Assembly (NCBI RefSeq): GCF_009914755.1
Contig: NC_060930.1
Source: the human T2T-CHM13v2.0 reference genome, Homo sapiens
DNA: 64,000 bases
Direction: 5' to 3' (one strand)
Below the pieces are notes generated by a model, which was given only the letters and a program-made list of their open reading frames with translations, ran no database searches and had not been told where the DNA came from. A program made the translations under genes and the position numbers. Positions 16,201 to 31,290 of the stretch are shown here, in pieces. Every line of letters begins with the position of its first letter. The first letter of the stretch is position 1.

Positions 16201-17130
16201 AATTTGAGGACAGCAAATACAGAAAACAAGGAAAATTGACCTGAAGAAGATTAGAGATGTGGAAAAGAAAAACAAATAATCAAATGAAGCAAACCCGGAG
16301 ACTGGGGCTGTGGAAGCTAGAAGAAGAAAGGGTTACAATAAGAATGTGAGCATATGGGGTGCCAAATAGAATCCCCAAAAACACAATCCTGAACACCATT
16401 ATCCTTAATGCTGAAATCCCAAAAGATCAAAATCCCGAAAATGTAATTCTGAAAAAACTAAAAAAAATCTTTAAAATATTTATTTACATTTTTAAAAAGG
16501 GATTTATTTGAGAACATATAAAATCATGACAAAACACTTCATAGGCCACTTTACACAATAAAACAGGCAATAACAACATACATATTTTTGCAAGCATAAA
16601 TACTCAGGTATGCCATGCATGACAGTTGCACTGGGATAAGAGTTATAAGCAGACAAACCATATTCATAAAGAAATAGGTCAAAAAGGGAAATGTATAAAT
16701 ACATAATCACTATGGTTGCAGATTGTGTGTACTCAGCTTTATAACTGTGGTCATCTGAAATACTGTGATGAGCAATCTAAGTATTTTGATGAGATTGATC
16801 AAAAACCGAGGTGAGTCCCACCATGTACGCAATCGCCCAAAGAGCCAAGATCTCGAGAAAACTTATCTTGTATAAATGCGGATATACGAAAAGGACATCT
16901 CTTCATTGCCGAGGAATTTTCAACATCTATACATGCATAGTACTTACACACAAAGTCAACATTGTAGTAACACACTTTGGTGGAGTCAAATTTGCAAAAA
17001 GTGCATAAAACAAATTCAAACTCTCTATGAGTCTCCACGCAATTTCTACCTCCAGTATTGGAAATGATGCAAAGATGAATACACAGCAAATAGTAAAAAA
17101 AAAATAATAATAATAATGCTGACAACTTAC

Positions 17131-18167
17131 AGTCAGTAACTTTGCTGGCTTCTTCAGGCAAATGCAGCTTTAATTCATAAAAAGCTCCCGGAATGTCATC
17201 AGCTGGAAGGAATGCCAATGAAGGCAAATGACTCATTTTTAAACTGATGTTTTTGTCGTTGTCATTTTGCATGACCAACAAACTCATCTGGATTGTCCAC
17301 CAAATGCATTGGCCTAAATAGAAAAACCAAACTATTTGGTAACATCTTGAAATTCAATTTTAGGAGCCTTGATCGTACCTAATTCCAAATCAGTCATTAT
17401 GGTTTGGAGATGCAATTGAAATATATTTTCTCTGCAAAGTCCACCAAGTCTTTAAATAACTACTTATAAAGTGTTTCAATTTTTCCAGTCACTAATATCT
17501 ATATGAGTTAATAAGTTCTAGAATTTTCTAATCCAACAGGGGCATGAATTGTATATACTTGATTTAAAAAAAAAAAAACTGGGGACAGTTTTGAAAGTAC
17601 CATCCATTCGCCAAAGTGAGGTATGTGCTAGTTTTTCTATGTTAGATTTAGTGGTGATTATAAGAAGTCTATTTTGTTTGACAGTCAAATCCCTAATCAA
17701 AAATAGTTCACCATTTAATGTGCTTTGCAACACTGGAGGAACCTCTATAACACAAGTGTCTTTGGTTCAGAAGGTCACTGAGCTTGCCAAGTTCTTTTTA
17801 TTCTCTTATGAAGGGTGTCTTTCGAAGCAAACATGGTGCTATGTGTGAAGGGGTAGAAGTTGTGCCTGATGGAGTAATTTGGCAAAGGAGATTTATTGTA
17901 TTTTTTACCTGCATTTTCATTTCTTCTCTGATCTTCAAAACACTCTCCACACTTGTATTTGAAGATTGGTTGTGGTCTACAGATTTTACAGGTATATGCT
18001 GTCCATTTGAAAGTATGGCTATTGCTTGGCTGTCATAATTAAGTGATTTTCTGCTTTCACGGCACCAATAATGATTAGCTTCTAAACATTTTTCTTTCAT
18101 CATTAAGTAGCCTCATATACTTGTCACAGCCTTTCTGCAAAGGAACAGTTTCACAAATCTCTTTCAT
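17131..18167 (-). pseudogene. Decayed MULE transposase (FLYWCH-like N-terminus plus DDE/MULE domain), frameshifted
   Basis: ATG at 18167 (MKEICETVPLQKGCDK), then GYLMMKEKCLEANHYWC...DHNQ (FLYWCH-like), LWRMDGTFKTVP (first catalytic Asp motif) and LAFLPADDIPGAFYEL. Confidence 0.85.
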
Positions 18168-18195
18168 TGTGTTGTAAGAAATATATTAAGTAGGT

Positions 18196-18621
18196 TGTGA
18201 AAGTTGTCAGAATCAAAACAGAGTCACTAATGTGAAGAAAACCCTAACAAATACAGCTGGGGAAGGCCATGAAAGGAGGGTTCTCAAGCTTGTTGCCTGA
18301 TCATGGAAAAGACTACAAAAACCACAAAGTTGCACAAAAGCCATTGCAACTTTACACAAAAAGTACTTCTGCAAGGACATCTGCCCAGAAATTGCCTACT
18401 TGACTTCAGACGGGCATCACACTTGTTATTGATCTTTGTAGTCAAGGATAATTATTTCAAAACAATTATGTAAACCTCCTCATTTTTTTTCCTTTAAAAA
18501 CCTATGTCTTCCTTTACCTCCCTGAATACACACATAGTATTCTGTGGCAGGCAAAGCTCTATTCCCAAATGAACATCTTTTCTTTCAGAGAGCCTCTCTC
18601 TGCTTGTTACTTAGGTTGACA
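18196..18621 (+). mobile_element. ERV1 solo LTR (MER34-like) nested in Ricksha
   Basis: TG...CA termini (tgtgaaagttgtcagaatcaaaa ... ttaggttgaca). Confidence 0.75.
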
Positions 18622-18655
18622 AAGGAATGATATTTGATTTCCCCAGTACCAAATT

Positions 18656-19275
<620 letters not shown>

Positions 19276-20973
19276 GTATTCCTTTCCTTTCCTTTCCCAA
19301 ATAAACAGGGGAGCAATATGATGCTAAGCATATTCTGGACATATTCTGGAGTGATATATATGGACTCGTTTGTTTCAGTTAGTATTATTTTCTTTCTATA
19401 TTTATTCATTGCCAAGAAAATAAAGTTAAAGATTCTATTTACAAAAGAATGAATGTGCTCACTTGATAAATGTAGATAACACGTTACAATTTACTCTTGG
19501 AGTCCTTCCCTTTCTCATCCAGTCATTAAAATATAATGCATTTCTGATTTTCTCCCACTCAAAAAGCCGTATTTGGAAATCAATTAATGAAATAAGCAAA
19601 TCTGTAAAATTGGTTTTAAATGCATAAGGAAAAAACCCTTTGGTACCATCATATTAACAACAGAAACTATTTTTATTCCAGTGCTATGGCACAAATGTTT
19701 CTTTCTGAATCATATCTGAAAGTAAATTATTTAAGCAATTTCCTTAATAATTAGAAAATGGTATTTGTGAAGCCATTTATTTAATCACACACAATTTAAT
19801 GGAGGCCATTACAATTCTCTATCTACTTTATTCTGTTAGAACCAAAAGCCTAAAGAGAAATGTGTTCCTAAGGCTCTAAATGCTTTCAAGAAACTGAGTC
19901 TGACTCACAGTGCTTTCTACAGAGAAGTGGAAGAAGCACACAGCACAGTCATCCACCACATGTGAAAATCAGTTAATATTTCTCCCAGTTATAGACATGT
20001 CATTATTCATAAGGTACTGTTAAATACATTAAAAGATGAAACAAAAGCATCTGCTTTGGTAAGGCTCTGACCTACCCAAATTTCTGCCTGGGATAGTGCA
20101 TAGAGCAATAGTTTACTTCTAACTTTCTATCGTGTATAAAAAAAATTGTTATCAATGAAAATTGAAAGGAAACAAAGGAATTACAAAGCAAAACCATAAA
20201 TTAGCTGTGAAGGAGAGTTCCTCTTACCATACCCTTCACCAAATTGAGTATTATTACTTCTTGAATCTTTGTCAATTGGTAAGTGAATAACGGTGTATCA
20301 TCAATGCTTTTACAATTGCAAGACCCAGGAATTATTGACTCCTATACCCTGAGTCTCACCTCCAATATATATCCTGCCTCCCACTCCCTTCCTCTTGATC
20401 TGTCTCAGCTGGTCTCTCTCAAACACTCCCTCTTTCTCCCCTCCCAGCTGTCTCTAGATTTGTGTTCTAAGATTAATATTCCTGAAACATTTTTGATCTT
20501 TCAGGCGGCATTATTGCAAAACACTCTCCTGCTTCTCTGCCTTATGCTTCACCACCTTTACAGTTGACATCTTTTTTCTTCATTTCTCTATTTATCCTTG
20601 TATAAGAAGGGGGCTTCAGATTGCATTATAAATTGTCTGCTTCCATGAATTTCAGACACGTTTTCCATGTCTGTGAACTGGGAAGAAGGGTATGCCTCAA
20701 ATTTATGTGGATGGGGACCTGAGAAACCTCCAAATCTAAGAAAAGAGGTAGGCATGACAATGATTTGATTGTCAGAGAGGAGGGACAGTTTTCGACTCTA
20801 CAATAGTGTATCTCTCCCAGCCTAATCCCCGGTAGACTTGTGCCTGAGTCTTATGGTGAAAGGTAGCACTCAAGATAAGCAATAAAAAATACTTTTTTAA
20901 CCAAGAGTTCTGTTGGGGTACAAGCAGCAGTGATTTTGTACCAGTTTAACAGAGAGTAACATCCACAGAGGCA

Positions 20974-21332
20974 TGCCTTAGTCCATTGGGACTGCTTTAA
21001 CAAATTACCATAGACTGGTGGCTTAAAAAGAACAGAAATTTATTTCTCACAGTTCTGGAGGCTGGAAGTCCAAGATCAGGGTGCCAGCATGGTCAGGTTC
21101 TAGTGAGGGCCCTCTTTTGGGTTGCAGACTGTCACATACTCCTTGTATCTTCACATGGCAGAAAGAGACCTAGCTATCTCCCTGGCATCTTCTTATAATA
21201 ACACTGACCTCATTCATGAGTGCTCCATACTCATGGCCTAATCAACTCCCAAAGGTCCTACCTCCAAATATCCATTATATTGGGATTAGGTTTCAACATG
21301 TAAATTCTGGAAGACACAAACATTTAGACCGT
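20974..21332 (-). mobile_element. MLT1A-type MaLR solo LTR
   Basis: ccatagactggtggctta...aaatttatttctcacagttctggaggctggaagtccaagatcagggtgccagca...gacacaaacattta. Confidence 0.9.
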
Positions 21333-22074
21333 GAAGGGAAAATAGCACTCTCTGACATATGATCACAACAGAATACCACCTCCTGCAGCACCTATGGGGC
21401 TCCAGTAATTCAGCAAAGTCAGTTCCCAATAGAAGACCGTCATCCTCCCAGGAGTGGCAAAAGTGACTAAGAGGTCCTACAATATCAAGCACAGTGGCTC
21501 TCGGAGACAGAGATACCCAGCACAAGGATGTTGGAATAGAAAAAAAAAAAAAAAAAAAAAGATAAGAATCAGGGAGAAAGACACATGGAAACTGAATACA
21601 ACATATACAACTCCCCTTGGGGACTACCAGAAATAGTTGGGGGGACAGGGAATCAACTTTCCAGGAGTTTAAAGTCAAGGGAGGAAAAGCTAGTAAAGCA
21701 TGTGTTTCAGCTCTCATAGGAGAGATTTTTATCTTGTGCAATTAATATCTTTTGGAACCAAAATTCTCTTGGGTACTGAAAAGGTATATAGAAGTAAATT
21801 TCATTATACTTAGATTTGAATAAAGCAAATTTGCAATTCCAGAAAAAAAAAAATGCAGTCTGCCAAGTGCTATACGTAGCAAACTTAAAGAGAACAAAAG
21901 TATCCGTAAGAGAATACTATTTAGAGTGATAGGCACTAAAAGTAAAAAATGGATGCCTATTTTATTTTAGTAATTACTCTCAAATTTTCATTTGTGGCTA
22001 GTTATAAATCTATGTTATTTATCTGATTAAAATCTACTGGATCTCTTTCTCACTTAAATTTCCATTGACGCCAA

Positions 22075-22410
22075 TTTTTTTTTTGTTTTCTGTTTTGTTT
22101 TCTTTGTTTTTTTTGTTTTGTTTTGTTTTTTGTTTTTTTGAGACAAGTCTCACTCTGTTGCCCAGGCTGGAGTGCAGTGGGGCATCATCTCAGCTCACTG
22201 CAACCTCTGCCTCCCAGGTTCAAGCAATTCTCCTGCCTCAGCCTCCTGAATAGCTGGGACTACAGGCATGTGCCACCACGCCCAGCTAATTTTTGTATTT
22301 TTAGTAGAGAGGGGGTTTCACCATATTGGCAAGGCTAGTCCTAAATTCCTGACCTTGTGATCCGCCTGCCTCAGCCTCCCAAAGTGCTGGGATTACAGGC
22401 ATGAGCCCAG
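22075..22410 (-). mobile_element. Alu
   Basis: Antisense Alu with (GTTTT)n tail. Confidence 0.96.
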
Positions 22411-23022
22411 TAAGATTCTCAGTATGATACTTTCCACTAAAACTTAGATCCATTTGCATGTGAACATTTATGCTCTGGATCTCATCTGAAACGAGAAAGT
22501 GTGACAAAATATTATACATGCAATTTCAATCTCTGAGGAAATCAGGGTTTTTTTTGTTTTTTGTCTATTAGAACAATACAGATTTCTCATTGGCCATATA
22601 GAGAGCAAATCTGGAAATTGTGTAGCTCTATTTGCCACATAGCAACATAGTTGTGCTGAAAAACAGAAGTTACAGAAATCTTGAAGATCATTCTCCTTGG
22701 ATCTCCTTCTCTCATAAGCAGGAAGCTAGGGCTCACAGTTAGCCAGTGGCAGTTCCAGGACTAGAATCTTAGCCTCCTAAGTGCCAAGCCCAGAGCTTTT
22801 CCCACCCAATGAGAAAACTCTCTTTGGGCTTCTCCAACATCAGTCTCTAGCATAATGTTTTAAGTGTTTTTCCCTATACTCAGAGAAGGAATCAAGTTCT
22901 CCTTCTAAACTCCTACCTCCTTTTCACTGTCCTGCCCAACCTTCAAGCATTGCCTTAAGGCAGATTCTCTTCTTAGCTATTGGAGTAATACCAGGGATAC
23001 TTATCTTCAAATATGCAGAAAC

Positions 23023-23237
23023 CAGGTTGATGGGTGCAGCAAACCACCATGGCACATGTATACCTATGTAACAAACCTGCACTTTCTGCACATGTACCCC
23101 AGAACTTAAGGTATAGTTAAAAAAAAAAAAAAAGTATAAAATTATTCCCTATATTTATCTACAGAATGCTCTATCTTCTATGTAAAAACCCAGCAAATAA
23201 TTAAAGGTTGGCAAAACTTGTCAGTTAAAAAAAAAAA
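23023..23237 (+). mobile_element. 5'-truncated L1PA (L1PA7-like) with 3' transduction
   Basis: L1 3' end 23023-23118, A15, 93-bp non-L1 segment with ATTAAA, A11; TSD caaatatgcag at 23008-23018 and 23238-23248. Confidence 0.85.
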
Positions 23238-23340
23238 CAAATATGCAGGAATATGAAGCAGACAGTACAACTCCTCATGGGAACTGAGTGCTCATTCATT
23301 CCCATCATTACTATCCATGTTTGAGGTTCTACCTCAAATA

Positions 23341-23699
23341 CAGATAGTCCCCGACTTACAATGGATTGACAGGATTTTTCAACTTGACAATGGTGTGAAA
23401 GCAAAATGTGCTCAGTAAAAACTGTACTTCGAGCACCCATACAACTGTTCTATTTTTCACTTTCAGTACAGTATTCAATGAATTACCTAATATTCAAAAC
23501 TTTATTATAACATAAGCATTGTGTTAGGTGACTTTGCCCAATTGTAGGCTAGTGTAAGCAATCCAAGCACGTTTAAGGTAGGCTAGGCTAAACTATGATT
23601 TTCAGTAGGTTAGGTGTATTAAATGCATATCTTATTTATAATGTGTTCAACTTACAAATGGGTTTATCAGGACATAACTGATAAGGCAAGGAGCATTTG
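23341..23699 (-). mobile_element. MER47A (TcMar-Tigger) non-autonomous element
   Basis: Termini cagatagtccccgacttac / aggagcatttg, TA on both sides; internal aaggtaggctaggctaa. Confidence 0.9.
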
Positions 23700-24421
23700 T
23701 ACTTCTTAAGAGGAAGTATATTTCCCTCCTACAACCTGGAAGAATGTTTAACACCATTTGAGTCACCTCCTGCCATTCTCCACTTTCTTCATAGTAATTG
23801 AATAAGGCTGACCACACATCGCTCAAGAAAGAATTCCCTTTAGATTCCATATCTCTTCTTTCTTTGCTCAGAAAAATGGACCTTTTTCACCTGCACTCTA
23901 AAATGCTACTGTGTAGGTAAGTGAAAATCTCTAAAGCTATGTATTAAGTGGGAATGGATTTCTATATGTTAACATTGAAGAGGAAAGAAACTGATTTTTC
24001 TTAGTCTGAATCATTATGCTCATGCCAAATTTCTAGGAAATTGACCAAGTACATGATTTCATAATCATTAGCTATGAAGAGGGAAACTAGAGATGCAAAA
24101 CATAAAGCCGCTAATAATATGAGAGCAGTGAAACAAGAACCAAAGGAAAAACTCGGGATGAGTTATGACAAGGCCTTCTCACTGCACCTGGTGAGCAAGC
24201 GCTCGAATGGGAAATCCCATACCAAATTCCATATTTCACTGGATCATGTTACATGGAGTGCTAGGAGCACTTGCAGACTGAAACAAATTTCCACTGCTTT
24301 TCTTTTCATTCTGTATCAGAAGGGGAAGAAAACTGTAACAGACAGCCCCAGGCAACTCTAAATTGGTGTATGGATACAAACAAGTAATCAGATGGTTTAT
24401 CACTATGGTTGAACTTCCTAC

Positions 24422-24530
24422 CAAGACCGGTTTTGCAGATGGTATTTCTAAAACAGCAAGCACTGAGATTGGTTGACATTGCAAGCTCAGTTTTCATTCA
24501 AGCAGACACAGCATCCGACACCGCCTATGG
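24422..24530 (-). other. Candidate first exon (MKTELAMSTNLSACCFRNTICKTGL, phase-1 donor)
   Basis: Unique CpG-retaining block; ATG at 24497 and 24479; donor TTG|gtagga; joins in frame to the 14303-14548 exon. 5' end unknown. Confidence 0.3.
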
Positions 24531-24541
24531 ACCAGAGTTTG

Positions 24542-24551
24542 ATTACATAAT
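24542..24551 (-). promoter_or_regulatory. PAR-bZIP/NFIL3 D-box motif
   Basis: Minus strand ATTATGTAAT matches RTTAYGTAAY; function not shown. Confidence 0.35.
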
Positions 24552-25558
24552 ACTCGCAGGTTACCAAATTATTTACACAACTTCCAATTTTTGACATTTC
24601 CTACTTCCCTCCCAAACTTTACACACGTTGATGCTATTTTAATTCCTTCTTCAGCTTATTTGATTCTTAAAATTGATGCTTAAGATAATTTTCTTGTTAA
24701 TAGGAGAAAGAAAAAAAAAGAAGAAACTCTCAGATGAATACTTCTAGCTAGATTTAGTCAAATGGAGCTTTGAGAGAGAGCTCCATGGTGCCAGACACTT
24801 TATCACTTGAAAAATACTAAGTGTATGATTTATAACATCTGTTATCTGTGAGTCATAGCTATGCCTTGGCAGATACATCAAAACAAGATTTTTAGTGGGC
24901 TGGTCCAGGAAAGTAATGGATAATAAGAGATGGGATATCTGTCTGAAGATCACAGCAGAAAGAGTGATGGAAGGGACTTTTTAGAGGTCAGACAGTGAAG
25001 ATGACAAGGGAAATCCAGTGGCTTACGCAGGTCCTCACAGCTAGATACTTCCTGTCCATCACCCCTTCTTGGTTTCTTTGGCCACTTCCCTAACACAGCC
25101 CATCCTACCAAAAGTCAGTGGAGGATACCCCAGGGATGGACACACACAGACGCTGATGTGTGGAGGTCCCGGCAGCAGCAAGACCAGGCTAGATTTCAGT
25201 CAGACCACTTAAATCTCAATGGAAAGGGATTTTTGTTGGTGGTTTTTTGCTGTTGTTGTTTCTTTTGTGTCTTTTTTTTCCCTGCTCAATAGCATATTCA
25301 CACCAACTGAACAGGAAGCGGACAAGTTCAGTACAAGTTCAGCTTCCACCCCACCTCTTCAGGCTGCAGGACCTAAGCTTAGTTTCACATTATACCCACG
25401 CACACTTCAGCCTAATTGTAAAGTGAGGTCAGCAGACAATATATAAAACATGAAATTCAAATCAGAGTTGTTTTATATGTATTGCCAGGAGCTCTAATCA
25501 CAGCGAATGCCACCTCTCAGGATATAATCTGTGGCTCACCTCCGCTGCCTGCCTCAGA

Positions 25559-25577
25559 TGGCCAGTAGGTGGGGAGC
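25559..25577 (+). promoter_or_regulatory. CTCF-like motif
   Basis: TGGCCAGTAGGTGGGGAGC resembles the core CCASYAGRKGGCRS but lacks the C after GG. Confidence 0.3.
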
Positions 25578-26023
25578 GTAGGGCCAGGCGTTCTGCATCA
25601 CCGGCTGAGTATGCTCATCACGTTCTCAGTGACAAACAGTCTCAAGTGACAGTGTGACAGCAAAAGCAGATGGGAGTCAGAGTTTTTGTCATTTCCCACA
25701 TTTTTCCATTTTTTACAAGCCAAAAAGACTGCCGATATTTGAAAGAAGATGTCAGTGGCCAGCAGGGATCTCACATTAAAGAAAGTGTGCATCTCAGTGC
25801 GTGATCTATTGAAGAAGAATGTCATTTTAGGGGTAGTGATGGGACGAGGGTGAGGAAGGACAGCTAGACACAGAAAATATCAGACTAGATCAGGAGTTGA
25901 GTCATAATGCATGATAAATGGAGATGGTAGCAGAATATAAGGAAGACTGCAGATATTTATACTTAATGAAACCACAGCAGGTTTCCAAAAGGTTTCCTGA
26001 TGCAAAAAAGGATTTTCATGGCG

Positions 26024-26329
<306 letters not shown>

Positions 26330-27574
26330 AAAAAGGATTTCCATGGCCAAATAAATACAAAGAAAACTGAGTTAAACAAAGATTGATTTCTTTGTGCAGA
26401 ATATCTCAGCACCTTTAGTATGCTATTATGAATTTCAAAATGGCAAGAGACAATTTCACCATGAAACTCATTTATTATGGACACTTATTAACAACTCATA
26501 AGACATGTGCTCCACGATAAATGTTAGATTAGAAAATTACTATCTCTGTGGTTTCTATTCAAGGTGAGGCTTTAAGAAAATAATTCTTAACATTTCCTTC
26601 AGTTCCATTATTTTTAGGTTCTACTACTTACTCAGCTAATGATAGTACTAAATGACAAAGCAGACTACATCAGAAAAATTGAACCAAAAAATGGGAAATA
26701 ATATGAAGCAATTAAACTTTGATCTAATAATTGACCAGAAAACCATCATTTGCTTGAGGTCAGTGCTTCCAAAAACAGTGATTTCTGGAAAGTACTGAAT
26801 GTGTTTGAGTAAAACTTTGCAGATATGCGAGAACCCAGGGCAAACTGCAATTGAGATTTTGATGTGCTTAATCAACTTATATATAGCTTCAGAAAAATTA
26901 CATATTGATATAAGATTATAAATAAGAATTATTTACTTTATTCTACTATTCCCAATGATAGGTCCTTCCTCATTAGTTCATGTATTAATATGCTCCCTTC
27001 CTTAAGATGGTCACCGACATCTCATTTCAAATATCAGCAGATAGAGTCTTACTGGCTTATTTTTAAAAATATAGCAATATGAGAAGAAAAAAAACTAAGC
27101 CACATAAACAGGCTGAGTAATGTGATTTTGAAATCTTGAAATCTACAAAAGAAAATGTGAAAAAGAACAAACTTTAAAGGATAATAAATTGTTCTTTTGC
27201 AAAGAAATGGGAAATGTTTTTAATCTCTTAACAAATATTTTCAGAAACATAGATACAAATATTTTCCAGTGTTTTTGCTATTTAATATATGTTGCAAACC
27301 GAGATAAGCCCATAATGTAAGCATTGTTATTTGAAATACTTATATAAGCTTGAAATTTTTAACAAGGCAAATTTGCTTCATCTTTTTGAAATGTAAATAT
27401 ACTTACATATTTAGTTACCAGCCCAAAGGTGTGAGATGGAGGGGCAGAGAAAAAGAATGGCTGGCTGTGAATTAGAGGCTTTTGCTATAGCTATCAAAAG
27501 GAAATTTCTAGGAACATTTTCAACTCATTTCATGGTATCTTAGAACAGGAAAGTCCGACTGCCCTAAACACACA

Positions 27575-27645
27575 TGTATATATTTGTATGTGTGTGTATG
27601 TATATATGTATGTGTATGTATGTATATGTACGCATGTGTGTGTGT
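27575..27645. repeat. (TG/TA)n low-complexity microsatellite
   Basis: tgtatatatttgtatgtgtgtgtatgtatatatgtatgtg... Confidence 0.85.
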
Positions 27646-27649
27646 TTCT

Positions 27650-28300
27650 TTCTATATGTTCTGCTCCTTGGTTTGTTCACTGAAACTTTCTTGGCAGTTA
27701 AGCCATATCAATGTCGGTAAAGATGCCTCATAAATTGCTAAATGGCTGCTTAAGATACCATTGTATGGCTATTTCATCATTTACTTAACTGTTTAACCTA
27801 ATTGTTGTCTGCTTTAGGACATTTACATTTTGTTGGCTTTTATTTTTGTTTTTGTTTTTTTGCTATTACAAAAATGTTATAACAAATACATCTGTACATG
27901 CTAGACATATTTGAATGTTTCTGAGTATATGTATATGAAAAATTCCTAAAAATAAAACTGCTAAACAGAACATGTACATTTTTAAGTTAGCTATTGTTTA
28001 AAAAAAAATTGTCCCCCAAAAAGGTTGTCTCAATTTGCACCAGGACCAGCCACACTTAAAAGGGTTTATTTCCCCCACATGGATCTGACTTTATTTCTGG
28101 ACTCTTGCCTGTTCTACCAGCAGGTATCACACTATTAAATGACTATAACTTTGAGACGAGCTTTATTTTTTCTAGGTTGAGTGAGTTTTCTTATTCCTTT
28201 CCCTTCCAAATTATCCTGGCAATTCTTGAATGTTTGTTTTCTCACATGAACTTTAGAATCAGTTTGAATAGATCTAAAAATTTAGGGAGAATTGATCTTT
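27650..28300 (-). mobile_element. Old L1ME fragments
   Basis: ccattgtatggctatttcatcatttacttaac, tgctattacaaaaatg, tctcacatgaactttagaatcagttt. Confidence 0.6.
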
Positions 28301-28904
28301 TTGTGATACGGAGTTTTTGCTCCTCTTTTCTAGATTACTTTATCATCCTACCTTTGAGGAGAAAAGGAACAGAGAAGCAGTTCTTTCCTATGCAAGAGGA
28401 TTGCCTTAATTGTTCAGCCAGTTTTGGCAAATTACATTTAAAGTTTCTCTTTCCATAGAGAAAGTACAAATTTTTGAGTCCCAGAAAGCTAGGGAAAACT
28501 GCTGGCACTTTTGAAGCATTCTCTGGGATTGAAATGAATTTCTTTTATTCATCAGTTGTTTGCATTCCTATGTGGGGCACTGAAACAGAGAGCTGCTGGT
28601 GTAGCAAGATAATCAAAGGAGAAATTCTTTTCTGTTGTATTCTCAGAGATATAAGAAACAAGTATTTTTTCCCTTCTCCACCTTAAGACAATGTTTAAGC
28701 TTGAGTCCCAAGTCTGATTTTCTCTACCACAAGAAGTAACTCATGACTTTGGTGTTCAGGGGTAAAAATAGATCATGTGAAGTCCCTTGATGACAAGTCT
28801 TCACCCAGGCTTTGCTTGGGAATCTGAACTCATTAAGAAAGACTGGTGCTGAGGAATCAGGTAGAGGAAAGAACCTGTCCTACTCTTGAAAAGATAAACA
28901 TTCT

Positions 28905-30055
<1,151 letters not shown>

Positions 30056-30176
30056 GGAAGGATGAATATTCTAAGACTAGGAAGGGAGCAACTCAGAGGG
30101 AGGCATTCCCTCTTATAGCAAAGATTCATGCCCCACTTCCCTGTTGCACTTGATAGGGGAATGGCTGTGGCATGTC

Positions 30177-30730
30177 ATGTCTTAGCCCAGTTTTCTATAA
30201 AGCAGAGGCTAAGGCAAAGATTAAGGTGGTAAGACTTTATTTAGGAGATGCAAATAAAGGTAAGGAAAACAGGGAGAGGAGGCTGGGAAAGATGTGAAAC
30301 CACATGATGCCGTAAGTTACTAGCTGGATACCATTTCATAAATCATGAAGAGAGATTGCAGGTTGCTCTGCAAGTTTGGTCATTTGGCATTACGGTCTTT
30401 TCCAGCATGGTCTGCAAAGAAGGAGTTGTACCTTATAGCCATCCAGAAGAACCAAAGAATGAAAACAAAAGCAAAAAACAGGTCCTTTTTCCTGGCTCCT
30501 CCTATCTCCTACTTGCCATTGGTCAAGGTTCACTCCATAAGGAGCTAACACTCCTGCACTTCTGTATTTCACCACCATCCAGCCTGTTGGTGGCACTCAG
30601 GCAATCAAATCTCACACCCTGCCAGATGGTATACCATTCAAACCTGAAATGGAGGGGCAATGAGGTTCAGGCGAGGCACCAGCCAGATGAGATAAAGGAG
30701 AAGACAATTGGGAGAATCTGAAAAGTTAAT
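30177..30730 (-). mobile_element. Old ERVL-class LTR (LTR16/LTR33-like)
   Basis: tgtcttagcccagttttctataaagcagaggctaaggcaaagatt...ctttatttaggagatgcaa; highly diverged. Confidence 0.4.
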
Positions 30731-31290
30731 GTTTAGTTCCCGTAGAGAGGAAGGCAGAGCCTGAAAGCAGGAATGGCAAACACAGTTGCAACCATGCTTC
30801 AAAGTCTCATTTTTTTATATAGGTCCATGGATGATCCCTACAGATTCACAGCCTGCCAACCTTAGAGACTGGAGACTCAAAGCCATATTTAATTTGACAT
30901 TTTTAAAGTAAAACAATGTGGGATCTCTTACTATTAAAAGTTAGAAAGGAAAATTCTATCAGCTATACTAGGAAAAATACAGCATAATCTTATAGCATAT
31001 AGCAATTGCTCACTTTGCTACTTTAAATTTCTTTCAAATCCTCACTAACTGTCCTAAAATTAAGTGTGTAAGGACAGTTATAATCTTGTTGACAGTTCCC
31101 ACTTTAAATTTAGAGGAAAGGAACAAAAACATCACATCATGAAAAGAACTTAATGTCTGTCACCATTTTTACCTTCATTTAACTTTGAGATGTTAACCTC
31201 TGCTTTCTAAAGAGCAGTGACTTAGTTTATATTCCACTGAGAACTTAATATATGCCCGATATTGTGTAAAACATTTTCACTCATATTATC

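Larger units (their letters stand above)
16356..18655 (-). mobile_element. Ricksha-family MULE/MuDR DNA transposon (one TIR plus transposase remnant)
   Basis: TIR with repeated aatccc units (atccccaaaaacacaatcctgaac...gaaatcccaaaagatcaaaatcccgaaa); MULE transposase remnants inside; second TIR not found. Confidence 0.85.

Noticed and set aside
16799-17287. 162-aa minus-strand ORF as a domesticated transposase gene
   Set aside because: Only the first ~50 aa are transposase-like, the rest reads through non-coding Ricksha sequence, and the upstream frames are broken.
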